Assembly: GCA_963841455.1 (NCBI GenBank) | Contig: CAWJCU010000002.1 | Span: 121,770 to 185,769, forward strand | Direction of reading: 5' to 3' | DNA from: an uncultured Actinomycetes bacterium | Lineage (GTDB): Bacteria > Actinomycetota > Thermoleophilia > Solirubrobacterales > 70-9 | DNA length: 64,000 bases | Shown here: positions 8,826 through 17,810 of the stretch, one piece after another | How the letters are laid out: the number at the start of each line of letters is the position of its first letter | How positions within the stretch are numbered: position 1 is the stretch's first letter | Made by a program: the position numbers and the translations under genes | Notes under the pieces: model-generated | Databases searched by the model: none | The model's input: only the letters and a program-made list of their open reading frames with translations | Told to the model about the DNA's origin: nothing

Positions 8826-11800
8826 GCGCCGCCGAGATCGCCGCCGCGGCGCCGGAGGGCGCGCTGTCGGACGCGCCGACGAACGAGCAGCTCGCTGCCG
8901 TCTCGACGCGCGATAGCGACACGTTCTGCGAGGCCGCCGCCGGCAGCGGCAAGACGCGGGTGCTCGTCGAGCGCTACTGCGAGGCCCTCGTGAGCGACGG
9001 CGTCGCGGTGGACCGCGTCCTCGCTTTCACGTTCACCGAGCGGGCGGCGGCCGAGTTGCGCGGTCGGGTGCGGAAGCGGTTGAACGAGCACGCCGGCGCC
9101 GCGCGGGCGGCCGGCGATGCCGCGCGCGCCCGCGAGCTTCGCACGCTGGCTCGCTCGACCGAGCGGGCCTGGGTGATGACGATCCACGCGTTCTGCCGCC
9201 GGCTCCTCGCGGCTCACCCGCTCGCGGCCGGCCTCGACCCTCGCTTTCGGGTGCTCGACGAGGCGGAGGCCGCACGCCTTCGCGAGCGCGCGGTCTCCGA
9301 CGCGCTGGCGAGCGTCGCGGCCGGGGCCGACGACGCGACCTCGCGGGCCCTCGCCGCCTACCGGCCCTACCGACTCGGCGACATGGCGGTCGCAGCGCAC
9401 GAGCGGCTTCGCAGCCAGGGGATGGCCGCGCCGAGGCTCCCGGTCGTGCCGGGCCCCGTGCGCTCCGTCGCCGAGGGCGACGAGCGCGAGGACCTCGACG
9501 CGGCGGAGGCCGGGGCGGCGATCGCCGCACGCTCTGCCCTCGAGGCCGTGCTCGAAGCGTTCGCGGCCCGATACCTGGAGCTGAAGCACGCCCGCTCGGC
9601 ACTCGACTTCGGCGACCTCGAGCTCGAGGCCCTGAGGCTCCTGCGCGAGCACGAGGGAGTCGCCGCGGCATGGCGGGGACGCTTCGAGCACATCCTCGTC
9701 GACGAGTTCCAGGACACGAACCGGACCCAGCTCGCTCTCGTCGACGCCCTGCGCGGGCCCGACACGAAGGTGTTCGTCGTCGGCGACGAGAACCAGTCGA
9801 TCTATCGCTTCCGCAACGCCGACCTCGAGGTGTTCCGCGCCGAGCGGGAGCGGGCGACCGCGCGCGGGACCGCGATGATCCGCCTGGGGCGCAACTTCCG
9901 CTCCTCGGCGAGCGTCCTCGGCGCCGTCAACGAGCTCGGTGCAGCCCTCCTCGGGGGCTTTGCGCCGCTCGCGGGCGGCTCCAGCGAGGAGGCGGGGCCG
10001 GCGACCGAGCTCCTGCTGACGTTCGACGGACGCGGCAGGGACGACGCGAAGTGGTCGGACTTCGCCGGGGCGCTCGACCCGCCGCCCTCCGAGCGCACGG
10101 CCTCGCTCGTCGCCGAAGCCAGGGCGCTCGCGCTGCGACTGCGCGAGCTGGTCGACGCCGGCGAGGCAGCTCGCGGCGAGATCGTCGTTCTCCTGCGGGC
10201 CTTCACCCACGTCGACGCCTACGAGGACGCGCTGCGCCGCGCCGGGCTCGAGCCCTACGTCGTCGGCGGGCGGGGCTACTGGTCGCAGCAGCAGGTGGAG
10301 GACGTGATTCGCCTGCTCGCGGTGATCTCGAATCCCCTCGACGACGAGATGCTCTTCGGCGCCCTCTCCTCCCCTGCCGGCGGCGTGAGCCCCGATGCCC
10401 TCTGGCTCCTTCGCGAGGCGGCGGGCCCGAACCGGCACGTCTGGCCGCTCGTCGCGTGGCGCTTCGGCGATGGCCGCGAGCCCTCTGACGTCGACGCCTC
10501 CGCGATCGAGACGGTGCCGCCGGCGGACCAGGCTCGGATGCGCCGGTTCTGCGAGACCCTCGCCGACCTGCGCGCGGCCGCGCCGGTGACTCCCCTCGAG
10601 GGCCTGATCGACCAGGCGATCAGTGCGTTCGACTACGACCTGTTGCTGCTCGAGCGGTCGAACGGGGCCGCCCGCCTGGCAAACGTGCGCAAGCTGATGC
10701 AGCTCGCGCGCGAGTACGAGCGCCACGAGGGCCGGGACCTGGCCGGCTTCCTCGCCGCGGCCGAGGCCAGCACCGAGCGCGATGAGCGGGAGGGGATGGC
10801 GGCGGTGCGCGCGGAGGGCCACGACGGCGTTCGGGTGATGACCATCCATGCCGCGAAGGGTCTCGAGTTCCCGATCGTGGCCGTCCCGGACCTCGGCCGT
10901 GGCCTCAACGCGGGCCACCGCGCCGGCGACATCGTGATCGGCGCGGCGGCCGATGACCGTGAGCCGCCGTTCGGCATGCGCCTCGCCTTCCCCACCAGGG
11001 CGTCATTCGGCCTCTGGGAGCTCAAGGAGCTCCACGGGGAGGAGAGCGAGGCCGCCGCGGAGGAGGGATGCCGGCTCACCTATGTCGGCGCGACGCGCGC
11101 CGAGCGCCGCCTGATCCTGAGCGGGACCTTCAAGGAGGCGCACCTCGCGGCCGCCGACCCGAAGCCCAACGACTCCCCTCTCCGGCGGCTCCTCCCACGG
11201 CTGGCCGAGCGCGGTTTCGAGGGCGCCGACACCGAGCTGCGCCTGCCGGGCCCGCCGGGCAGGCCGGCCGAGGTCGGCCTGCGGATTGCCGTCAGCCGCC
11301 CCAGCGAGGAGGCGGCGGCGGCCCTCGCGCGCCGGTTCGCAGCCCCCCCGCGTCAGGTGCCGTCCGGGGCGGGCGGGGACAACCTGATCGAGGGCCTGCC
11401 CCGCCCGACGCCGGTCGGCCACCTCTCCTACTCGGCGCTTTCGGACTACGAGCGCTGCGGCTACCGCTTCTACGCCGAGCGGGTGCTGGGCCTGAGCGAG
11501 CTGGTCGAGCCGGGCGCCGGCGCGAACGGCGGCGAGCACGGCGGTGCGCTCGCCTTCGGCAGCGCCGTCCACGCCGTGCTCGAGTGGAGCGCCCGCAACG
11601 GGTGGGCCGAGCCCGTACCCGAGGTCGTCGCGGAGCGTCTCGTCGCCCACGGCGGCGCTGCCGCCCAGGCCGATCGCGCCCTCGATCTCGTTCGAGGCTG
11701 GCTTGCCAGCGACCTCGCGCGCGAGCTCGGCGATCTGCCGTCGCGCTCCGAGGTGCCATTCGTCCTCGGCCTCGCTGGGAGTGTCGTCCGGGGGAAGATC

Positions 11801-12181
11801 GACCTCCTCGTCGACGCGCCCCGCGGCCCGGTGGTGGTCGACTTCAAGACCGATGCCCTCGCTGAGGGCGCGCCCGGCGAGCTCTCCGGCGGCTACCGGG
11901 CCCAGCGAGAGCTCTACGCGCTCGTCGCCGCCTCCGAGGCGGGGAGCGCCGGACGCCCGGTGAGGGCCGTTCACCTCTTCCTCCAGGATCCCACGAGCCC
12001 GGTCGCCGAGGAGCTCGGGCCGCTCGAGCTCGAAGCCGCGCGCGCGCGGCTCGAGGGCCTCATCGGCCGGATACGTCATGGCGAGTTCTCGCCCACCGAC
12101 GCGCCCTCGACGGCCATCTGCTTCGGGTGCCCGGCTGCGGCAAACCTATGCCCGCACCCCGGCTGGCGGCCCGCCGCCTGA
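8822..12181 (+). CDS. addA: AddA/UvrD-family ATP-dependent helicase-nuclease
   Basis: Walker A (AAAGSGKTRVLVERY), DEFQDT, VGDENQSIYRFRNA and TIHAAKGLEFP helicase motifs. C-terminal nuclease motif GKIDLLVD...VVVDFKTD. The first 1.5 kb of ORF 7331..12181 is a shadow frame over addB. Confidence 0.88.
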   Translation: MSAAEIAAAAPEGALSDAPTNEQLAAVSTRDSDTFCEAAAGSGKTRVLVERYCEALVSDGVAVDRVLAFTFTERAAAELRGRVRKRLNEHAGAARAAGDAARARELRTLARSTERAWVMTIHAFCRRLLAAHPLAAGLDPRFRVLDEAEAARLRERAVSDALASVAAGADDATSRALAAYRPYRLGDMAVAAHERLRSQGMAAPRLPVVPGPVRSVAEGDEREDLDAAEAGAAIAARSALEAVLEAFAARYLELKHARSALDFGDLELEALRLLREHEGVAAAWRGRFEHILVDEFQDTNRTQLALVDALRGPDTKVFVVGDENQSIYRFRNADLEVFRAERERATARGTAMIRLGRNFRSSASVLGAVNELGAALLGGFAPLAGGSSEEAGPATELLLTFDGRGRDDAKWSDFAGALDPPPSERTASLVAEARALALRLRELVDAGEAARGEIVVLLRAFTHVDAYEDALRRAGLEPYVVGGRGYWSQQQVEDVIRLLAVISNPLDDEMLFGALSSPAGGVSPDALWLLREAAGPNRHVWPLVAWRFGDGREPSDVDASAIETVPPADQARMRRFCETLADLRAAAPVTPLEGLIDQAISAFDYDLLLLERSNGAARLANVRKLMQLAREYERHEGRDLAGFLAAAEASTERDEREGMAAVRAEGHDGVRVMTIHAAKGLEFPIVAVPDLGRGLNAGHRAGDIVIGAAADDREPPFGMRLAFPTRASFGLWELKELHGEESEAAAEEGCRLTYVGATRAERRLILSGTFKEAHLAAADPKPNDSPLRRLLPRLAERGFEGADTELRLPGPPGRPAEVGLRIAVSRPSEEAAAALARRFAAPPRQVPSGAGGDNLIEGLPRPTPVGHLSYSALSDYERCGYRFYAERVLGLSELVEPGAGANGGEHGGALAFGSAVHAVLEWSARNGWAEPVPEVVAERLVAHGGAAAQADRALDLVRGWLASDLARELGDLPSRSEVPFVLGLAGSVVRGKIDLLVDAPRGPVVVDFKTDALAEGAPGELSGGYRAQRELYALVAASEAGSAGRPVRAVHLFLQDPTSPVAEELGPLELEAARARLEGLIGRIRHGEFSPTDAPSTAICFGCPAAANLCPHPGWRPAA

Positions 12182-12759
12182 TGACGCTCGCCGTCTTCGC
12201 CTACGCATCGCTCGTGAGCGCGGCAAGCGCGGCCGAGACGCTCGGGCGCGAGGTCGAGCCCGTGCCTGCACGCCTCCTCGGATGGCGCCGCCGCTGGTCG
12301 CTCGGCCGCGACAACGCGAGCGCCGAGAAGACGTTCCGGCGCGCGGACGGTGGCGACCTCCCCAGCGTCTGCCTGGGCCTGAACATCGAGCCGGTTGGCG
12401 CGCTGGATGAGGGCCCGAATGGGGCCGTCATCGAGCTCACCGAGGCCGAGCTCGCGCGCCTCGATGTCAGGGAGATCCGCTACGACCGCGTTGACGTGAC
12501 GGCCGCGATCGAGGAGCTCCCAGAGGGCATCGAGGCGGTCGACGCCTACCGGGCGAAGCCGGAGCGGTTCCTCGCCGAGACGCCGGAGGGATCGGTGATC
12601 ATCGCGGCGTACCTGCGAACCGTGGAGGCGGCGTTCGACGCGCTTGGCCCCGGACAGCTCGAGGCCTTCCGTCGTACCACCGGCCCGCCCCCGACCGATG
12701 TGATCGAGGGCGTCCTCGTGCGAGACGAGATCCCGGCCGGCAACCCCCGCGACTGGTGA
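12181..12759 (+). CDS. gamma-glutamylcyclotransferase (AIG2/GGCT)-like protein
   Basis: N-terminal LAVFAYASLVS resembles the YGSL-type motif. The ATG at 12181 overlaps the addA TGA (TGATG). The ORF track begins earlier, at 12127. Confidence 0.55.
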   Translation: MTLAVFAYASLVSAASAAETLGREVEPVPARLLGWRRRWSLGRDNASAEKTFRRADGGDLPSVCLGLNIEPVGALDEGPNGAVIELTEAELARLDVREIRYDRVDVTAAIEELPEGIEAVDAYRAKPERFLAETPEGSVIIAAYLRTVEAAFDALGPGQLEAFRRTTGPPPTDVIEGVLVRDEIPAGNPRDW

Positions 12760-12761
12760 GA

Positions 12762-13100
12762 CTAAAGCTCCGAACCACCATCCATCCCGTTCCATCGCCG
12801 GGCCCACTCGCCCAGCGCGTCGATCGCCGGCTTCAACGCCTCCCCCTTCTCGGTGAGGCCGTATGAGACGCGGGGCGGCGTGCCGTCCTCCACCGAGCGG
12901 ACGACGACGCCCTCCGCCTCGAGCTCTCGCAGCCGGCGTGAGAGCAGCCGGTCGGAGAGGCCCGGAATCGCCTGGCTCAGCTCGCCGAAGTAGTGGTCGC
13001 GACCGGTAAGGGCCCAGATGATCGCCCCGCTCCACCGCCTGCCGATCAACTCGACGGCGTGATGGAACTCGGGCGAGACTCGAGCCGGCTCTCCTTCCAC
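12762..13100 (-). CDS. HxlR-family winged-helix transcriptional regulator
   Basis: FHHAVELIGRRWSGAIIWALTGRDHYFGELSQAIPGLSDRLLSRRLRELEAEGVV is a typical HxlR core. A GTG start at 13100 is assumed because the longer ORF would overlap the upstream gene. Confidence 0.7.
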   Translation of the reverse strand: MEGEPARVSPEFHHAVELIGRRWSGAIIWALTGRDHYFGELSQAIPGLSDRLLSRRLRELEAEGVVVRSVEDGTPPRVSYGLTEKGEALKPAIDALGEWARRWNGMDGGSEL

Positions 13101-13137
13101 CTGATCTGACTCTAGACGGTCGATCCCGCCGGCCGGC

Positions 13138-14286
13138 TCATCCGCAGGGACCGGCCGATCTGGGCCGCAAACGCGAATCGAGCGCGCGGCGCACGAGCTC
13201 GTTCGGCACGCCGAGCCCCCCGGCACGGCCGCCCGTGTTGGAGGCGAACACCGTCGTGGCGACGCGCCCGTGAGCGTCGACCGCCGGGCTGCCGGAGTCA
13301 CCCGGCATGACCGAGCCGCGAAACGGCGTGATCGTGCGGCGCACCGGACCTCGCCCGTAGGAGTCCTGCGTGCTGACGTCGCCCGCGCGGCCGAGGCGGG
13401 CTGGCGCGACGGCGAACGGGCCGTTCTGCGGATAGCCGAGGATCGCGGCCGGCGTGCCCTCGCCCGGATCCGGGGCGAGGCGCAGTGTCGGCAGGTCGAG
13501 GCCCGGCACGCGGAGGATTGCGATGTCGTTCCGAGGCTCGTAGCGCACCACGGTGGCGTCGAGGGTCTCGCCGTCGCGCGTCTCGATGCCCGTGTCGGAC
13601 TCGCCCGCGACGACGTGGGCGTTGGTCACGACGAGCCCGGGCCCGGCGACCCAGCCCGACCCCTCCAGGCCCAGGCCGCAGGCGCTCCCGAGGACCTTGA
13701 CCGCGCTGCGGCCCGCGCGGCGCACCGCGGGGGAGCGGAGGATCGCTCCCGTCGGAGGCGCCACCTTGGCGCTCGGCCCGGTGACCGTCGGCACCGGGTC
13801 GACGCGCCGAAGCAGGTTGAGGACCGGGCCGGACGGCGGCAGGATCCCGTCGAGGGCGGAGATGACCTCCGAGTCGTTGATCGCCGAGCGGAGCCCGCGC
13901 GCGTCGGGGGCGGCCGCCTGGCGCACCACCGCGCCGAACGCCCACACGAGCAACAGGGCGAGAACTGCAAGCAGCGCGGCGCCCGCGGCGCCGTCGATCG
14001 CGGCGACGGCGCGCCGCCGCCCGAGGCGCTGTCGCAGGTCGAAGCCCACCACGTCGAGCGCTGCCGCGAGAAGGCCGCCGCCGAGCAGACCTCCCACGAG
14101 GGAGGCGACCGGAGCGTAGGGGGAGTTCGCCCCGCCCGAGAGGAGCGCCGGGCCGATGCGGCCGCCGATCACCGCCCCGGCCACGAAGCCCGCGAGCGGG
14201 AGCGCGCTGCGAACCAGGCCGAGTTGCCAGCCGCCGACGGCCATGGCGGCGGCGAAGACCACGATCGCGACGTCTACGGCGCTCAA
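13138..14286 (-). CDS. MarP-like membrane serine protease (CvpA domain plus trypsin-like S1 domain)
   Basis: Four N-terminal TM segments are followed by a catalytic triad context: TNAHVV, NDIAIL, GDSGSP. Confidence 0.8.
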   Translation of the reverse strand: MSAVDVAIVVFAAAMAVGGWQLGLVRSALPLAGFVAGAVIGGRIGPALLSGGANSPYAPVASLVGGLLGGGLLAAALDVVGFDLRQRLGRRRAVAAIDGAAGAALLAVLALLLVWAFGAVVRQAAAPDARGLRSAINDSEVISALDGILPPSGPVLNLLRRVDPVPTVTGPSAKVAPPTGAILRSPAVRRAGRSAVKVLGSACGLGLEGSGWVAGPGLVVTNAHVVAGESDTGIETRDGETLDATVVRYEPRNDIAILRVPGLDLPTLRLAPDPGEGTPAAILGYPQNGPFAVAPARLGRAGDVSTQDSYGRGPVRRTITPFRGSVMPGDSGSPAVDAHGRVATTVFASNTGGRAGGLGVPNELVRRALDSRLRPRSAGPCG

Positions 14287-14347
14287 GGGCCTTGGGCGTG
14301 GAGTGTGTTTTGCAGGGAAAGCAGAGTCAAGAGACTAGATTTAGCGC

Positions 14348-16126
14348 GTGCAGGCGAACGGTCCCGATCCGGGCGAGGTCCGCGATCGAGGATCGCAAGG
14401 TCCTTCGCACATAGCTCCCGCCGCGGAGCGCAGGCGGCGCATCGTGACGCGGGCGATCCCGATCGTGCTCGTGGCCGTCATCGCGTTCGCCGTCGGCGCG
14501 TTGGCGGGTCGCCCAACCACGCCGCTCGCGGCCGCGAAGAGCTTCGCCGAGGGCTGGTCGCGCGGGGACCTCGCCGCGATGCACCAGGAGCTCAGCGACG
14601 ACGCCCGCCACCAATACCCGGCGAAGGACTTCGACCGCGCCTACAAAGACGCCGCCAGCGCCGCGACCGTCTCGCACGTCCAGACCGGCACCGTCGAGGC
14701 CGCGAAGACGCCGAGCGGAGGCGAGGCGGCTGCGTTCGACGTCGCCGTGCACACGAACGCGTTCGGCGTGCTGCGAGGCCGCATGGTCCTCCCCCTGGCC
14801 GGCAACTCCGTCGAGTGGAACCCGTCCCTGGTCTTCCCCGGCCTGAGGGCCGGCGAGCGCCTCGAGCGCAGGACCCGAATCCCAACTCGAGCGCCGATCC
14901 TGGCGGCCAACGGCGCCCCGCTTGCCGAGGGCCCCGCATCGGCGCGAACGTCCCCCTCCACGGCCTACTCCGCCGTCACGGGAACCGTCTCGCCGCCGAA
15001 AGCGAAGCAGGCCGCGGAGCAGGAGATGCTGGGCTTTCCGGCCGAGACCGCGACCGGCACGAGCGGCCTCGAGCTCGCCTTCAACACCCGGCTCGAGGGG
15101 CATCCGGGCGGGCAGCTCCTGGCGGTCGGCCCGAGGGGGCGCCGCGTCCTCGCCTCGACGTCACCCGTGCCGGGCAAGCCGGTTCACACCACGATCAACC
15201 CGAGCCTCCAGCAGGACGCCGTGACCGCCCTGGGAAGCACCCTGGGCGGCGTCTCCGTGCTCGACGCGAAGACCGGGGAGGTGCGGGGGCTGGCCGGAAT
15301 AGCGTTCTCGGGCCCGCAGCCTCCGGGGTCGACCTTCAAGCTCGTGACGACGACCGCGGCGCTCGACGCCGGGATCGTCAAGACAACCGACCAGTTCCCG
15401 GTCGAGACCGAGACCAACGCCGGCGGCCGGATCATCACGAACGCGCACAGCGAGGCCTGCGGCGGCTCCTTCGCGGAGGCGTTCGCGTTGTCGTGCAACA
15501 CCGTCTTCGCGCCGCTCGGCGTCAAGGTCGGGTCGGACCGCCTGGTCGGCGCGGCCGAGAAGTACGGCTTCAACGCCCCACCGAGCCTCTACGACGACGC
15601 GGCGATCGCGGCGGTCAAGCCGGAGATGAGCACGATTCCGAAGGAGATACCGAACCCCGTCGACCTCGCCGTCAGCGCGATCGGGCAGGGCGAGGTGCTG
15701 GCCACCCCGCTGGAGATGGCCTCGATATCGCAGGCCATCGCGAACCGCGGCGTCAGCGATCCGACGGCGATCGTCACCGACAAGGACCTCCTGCCGTCTC
15801 GCGAGCCGGTGAAGGTCACCTCGCCGCAAACGGCCGGCATCCTCCGGACCCTCATGCTCGGCGTCGTGCACTTCGGCACCGGCGTCGCCGCCCAGATCCC
15901 GGGGATCGAGGTGGCGGGCAAGACCGGAACGGCCGAGCTCGGCCCGGTCGCGGGGTCGACCGACCTCACCAACCAGCGCAAGGACGCCTGGTTCACGGCC
16001 TTCGCCCCGGCGTCGAATCCGAAGCTCGCCGTGGCCGCGATGGTGGTGAACGCGAACGGCGACGGCGGCACGATCGCCGCGCCGATCGTGCGCTCGGTGC
16101 TCGTGTCCGGCCTGGGCGCGGGCTAG
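14348..16126 (+). CDS. penicillin-binding protein (class B transpeptidase)
   Basis: Membrane anchor followed by the STFK, SCN and KTGTA motifs in the expected order. Confidence 0.88.
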   Translation: MQANGPDPGEVRDRGSQGPSHIAPAAERRRRIVTRAIPIVLVAVIAFAVGALAGRPTTPLAAAKSFAEGWSRGDLAAMHQELSDDARHQYPAKDFDRAYKDAASAATVSHVQTGTVEAAKTPSGGEAAAFDVAVHTNAFGVLRGRMVLPLAGNSVEWNPSLVFPGLRAGERLERRTRIPTRAPILAANGAPLAEGPASARTSPSTAYSAVTGTVSPPKAKQAAEQEMLGFPAETATGTSGLELAFNTRLEGHPGGQLLAVGPRGRRVLASTSPVPGKPVHTTINPSLQQDAVTALGSTLGGVSVLDAKTGEVRGLAGIAFSGPQPPGSTFKLVTTTAALDAGIVKTTDQFPVETETNAGGRIITNAHSEACGGSFAEAFALSCNTVFAPLGVKVGSDRLVGAAEKYGFNAPPSLYDDAAIAAVKPEMSTIPKEIPNPVDLAVSAIGQGEVLATPLEMASISQAIANRGVSDPTAIVTDKDLLPSREPVKVTSPQTAGILRTLMLGVVHFGTGVAAQIPGIEVAGKTGTAELGPVAGSTDLTNQRKDAWFTAFAPASNPKLAVAAMVVNANGDGGTIAAPIVRSVLVSGLGAG

Positions 16127-16130
16127 GCCC

Positions 16131-16806
16131 CTACCGAAGCACGGCGACCTTCACGCTGTCCACGCCGGCGCTCGTGAAATGCAGCCTGTCCGCCGTGGCC
16201 TCCGTGAGGTCCCACTCGCGCTTGTCCACATAAGGGCCCCGGTCGATGACCCGCGTCCGCACCCATTGACCCCGGTACCCGAACACGACCCGAGTCCCGC
16301 AGGGGAGCGTCTTGTTCGCGACGCCCACCGTCGACCGGCGGAGCGTCTGGCCGCACGCGGTCCGGTTGCCATACAGCGGTGCCCCGTACCAGCTCGCGAG
16401 ATTCGTCGCCAGGCTCGAGACGAGCGAGCGGCGCGTCGAGGTCTCGAAGACTCCGTCGGGCGCGAGCCCGGCCGTACGCTCGAACCCCTGGACGGCGGCG
16501 ACGGTGGCGTCGTCGTAGTCGGGGCCGAGCCCGACCGAGGACGAAGCCTTCGCCCGCAGGAGCCAGTTGAGCGTCTTCACATCGCTCCCGCAGTCTCCGC
16601 GGGAGAGCGTTCGGCTTCCGAACCGACGGTCGCTGCAGTCACTGCCCGGGGTGCCGACGCCGCCCGATCCGCGAGGCGAGGACGCGAACGCCCCCGATGC
16701 CGCGAGGGCGGAGATCAGAGTGGCGGCTCCGAGCGCGAGGGCAACTCGCGCCCAGGCGCGCGTCGTGCTGTTCGGGTCGCGGCTGATGCAACGTAGTTCG
16801 GGATCA
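16131..16806 (-). CDS. RlpA-like DPBB lytic transglycosylase-type protein with PG-binding domain; one apparent N-terminal frameshift
   Basis: ORF 16131..16580 holds the PG_binding-like segment (GDCGSDVKTLNWLL) and a DPBB-like C-terminus (NRTACGQTL...GTRVVFGYRGQWVRTRVIDRGPY). The same frame is open upstream through a signal peptide (VALALGAATLISALAASGAFA) but has no start codon. The ATG at 16806 has GGAAGGGG upstream and lies in the adjacent frame. Confidence 0.65.
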
Positions 16807-16836
16807 TCCGGCCCCTTCCTTACCCCTGGGAGAGAC

Positions 16837-17706
16837 CTACCGCCCGCCCACGGCCAGGCAGTCGCGAATGCCCTGGGCGATCAGCTGGGCCCGCGCATCG
16901 GCCCCTGCCGGAAGTGGATGGAGGTTGTCGCTCTGCATGAGGTCCGGATGGGCGGCGACGAAGCCTGCCCAGTCTGGAGTCTGCGTTCCCGGGCGCGACG
17001 CGGCGAACTGCTGGACCACCTTGTTCTTGCCGGCCGAGGTGATGCCGTTGACGTTCAACCCGTGGATCGTCGGCACAACCATGCAGCGGTTGCCGATGAT
17101 CCGCGCAACGGCCTCGAGCCGGCCGGCGAGGATCTGCGGATAGGCGGGGTTGTCGTTGGTCCCGGAGTCGAACACGATCACAGACTGCGAGGGGTCGAAG
17201 CTCTCCCTGAAGAGGTCGAAGATCTGGAAGCTGTTGTAGCCGCCGACGGCGTTCACGGTCAGCGGGATCCCGTGGAGGTACCGCTTGAGGTACGGCGAGG
17301 TCAGCACCTCGAGGCTGTCGCCGACCACGAGGGTTCCGCCGGACCCCGCAAGGAGAGGTGAGGCGGTCGCGGGCTGGAGCACTCCCGAGGCGGGGGCGAT
17401 CCGGCTCGGCCGGCTGCTCGTCTTGACCGCCGCGAGGGTCCCGGCCCGCCCGCCGCGGACGACGCCGAGCCTGCGGGCGGCCTCCTTGCCGGACGCGCGG
17501 CCCTCCTGGAGGCCTGCCTGCTTGCCCCCGCCGAGGGCCCGGTCGCGCATCTCGCGGAATGCTGTGAGCGCCGCCTCGTGGCGGGCGGCAAGCGCATCCG
17601 AGCGGTCTGGCACCGTCCTGGAGCCGAGGACGTATCCGCCCGCGGCCGCGGCGGCCACGAGGCAGATCGCGGCGATGGCCAGCAATGCGACGCGCCGATG
17701 GCTCAC
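16837..17706 (-). CDS. membrane-anchored SGNH/GDSL-family hydrolase
   Basis: N-terminal TM segment, then LVVGDS block I, a GTNDN block and an SGNH-like C-terminus. Confidence 0.7.
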   Translation of the reverse strand: MSHRRVALLAIAAICLVAAAAAGGYVLGSRTVPDRSDALAARHEAALTAFREMRDRALGGGKQAGLQEGRASGKEAARRLGVVRGGRAGTLAAVKTSSRPSRIAPASGVLQPATASPLLAGSGGTLVVGDSLEVLTSPYLKRYLHGIPLTVNAVGGYNSFQIFDLFRESFDPSQSVIVFDSGTNDNPAYPQILAGRLEAVARIIGNRCMVVPTIHGLNVNGITSAGKNKVVQQFAASRPGTQTPDWAGFVAAHPDLMQSDNLHPLPAGADARAQLIAQGIRDCLAVGGR

Positions 17707-17810
17707 CGAGTACAGCCCCGCCTAGACTTTCGGGCTCCACGCATTCCGTGGAACCTAGCCTGTGGCAGGCCCGATGACCCCTCTCTTCCGCGTGAGCAGA
17801 CGCCCCCAGC

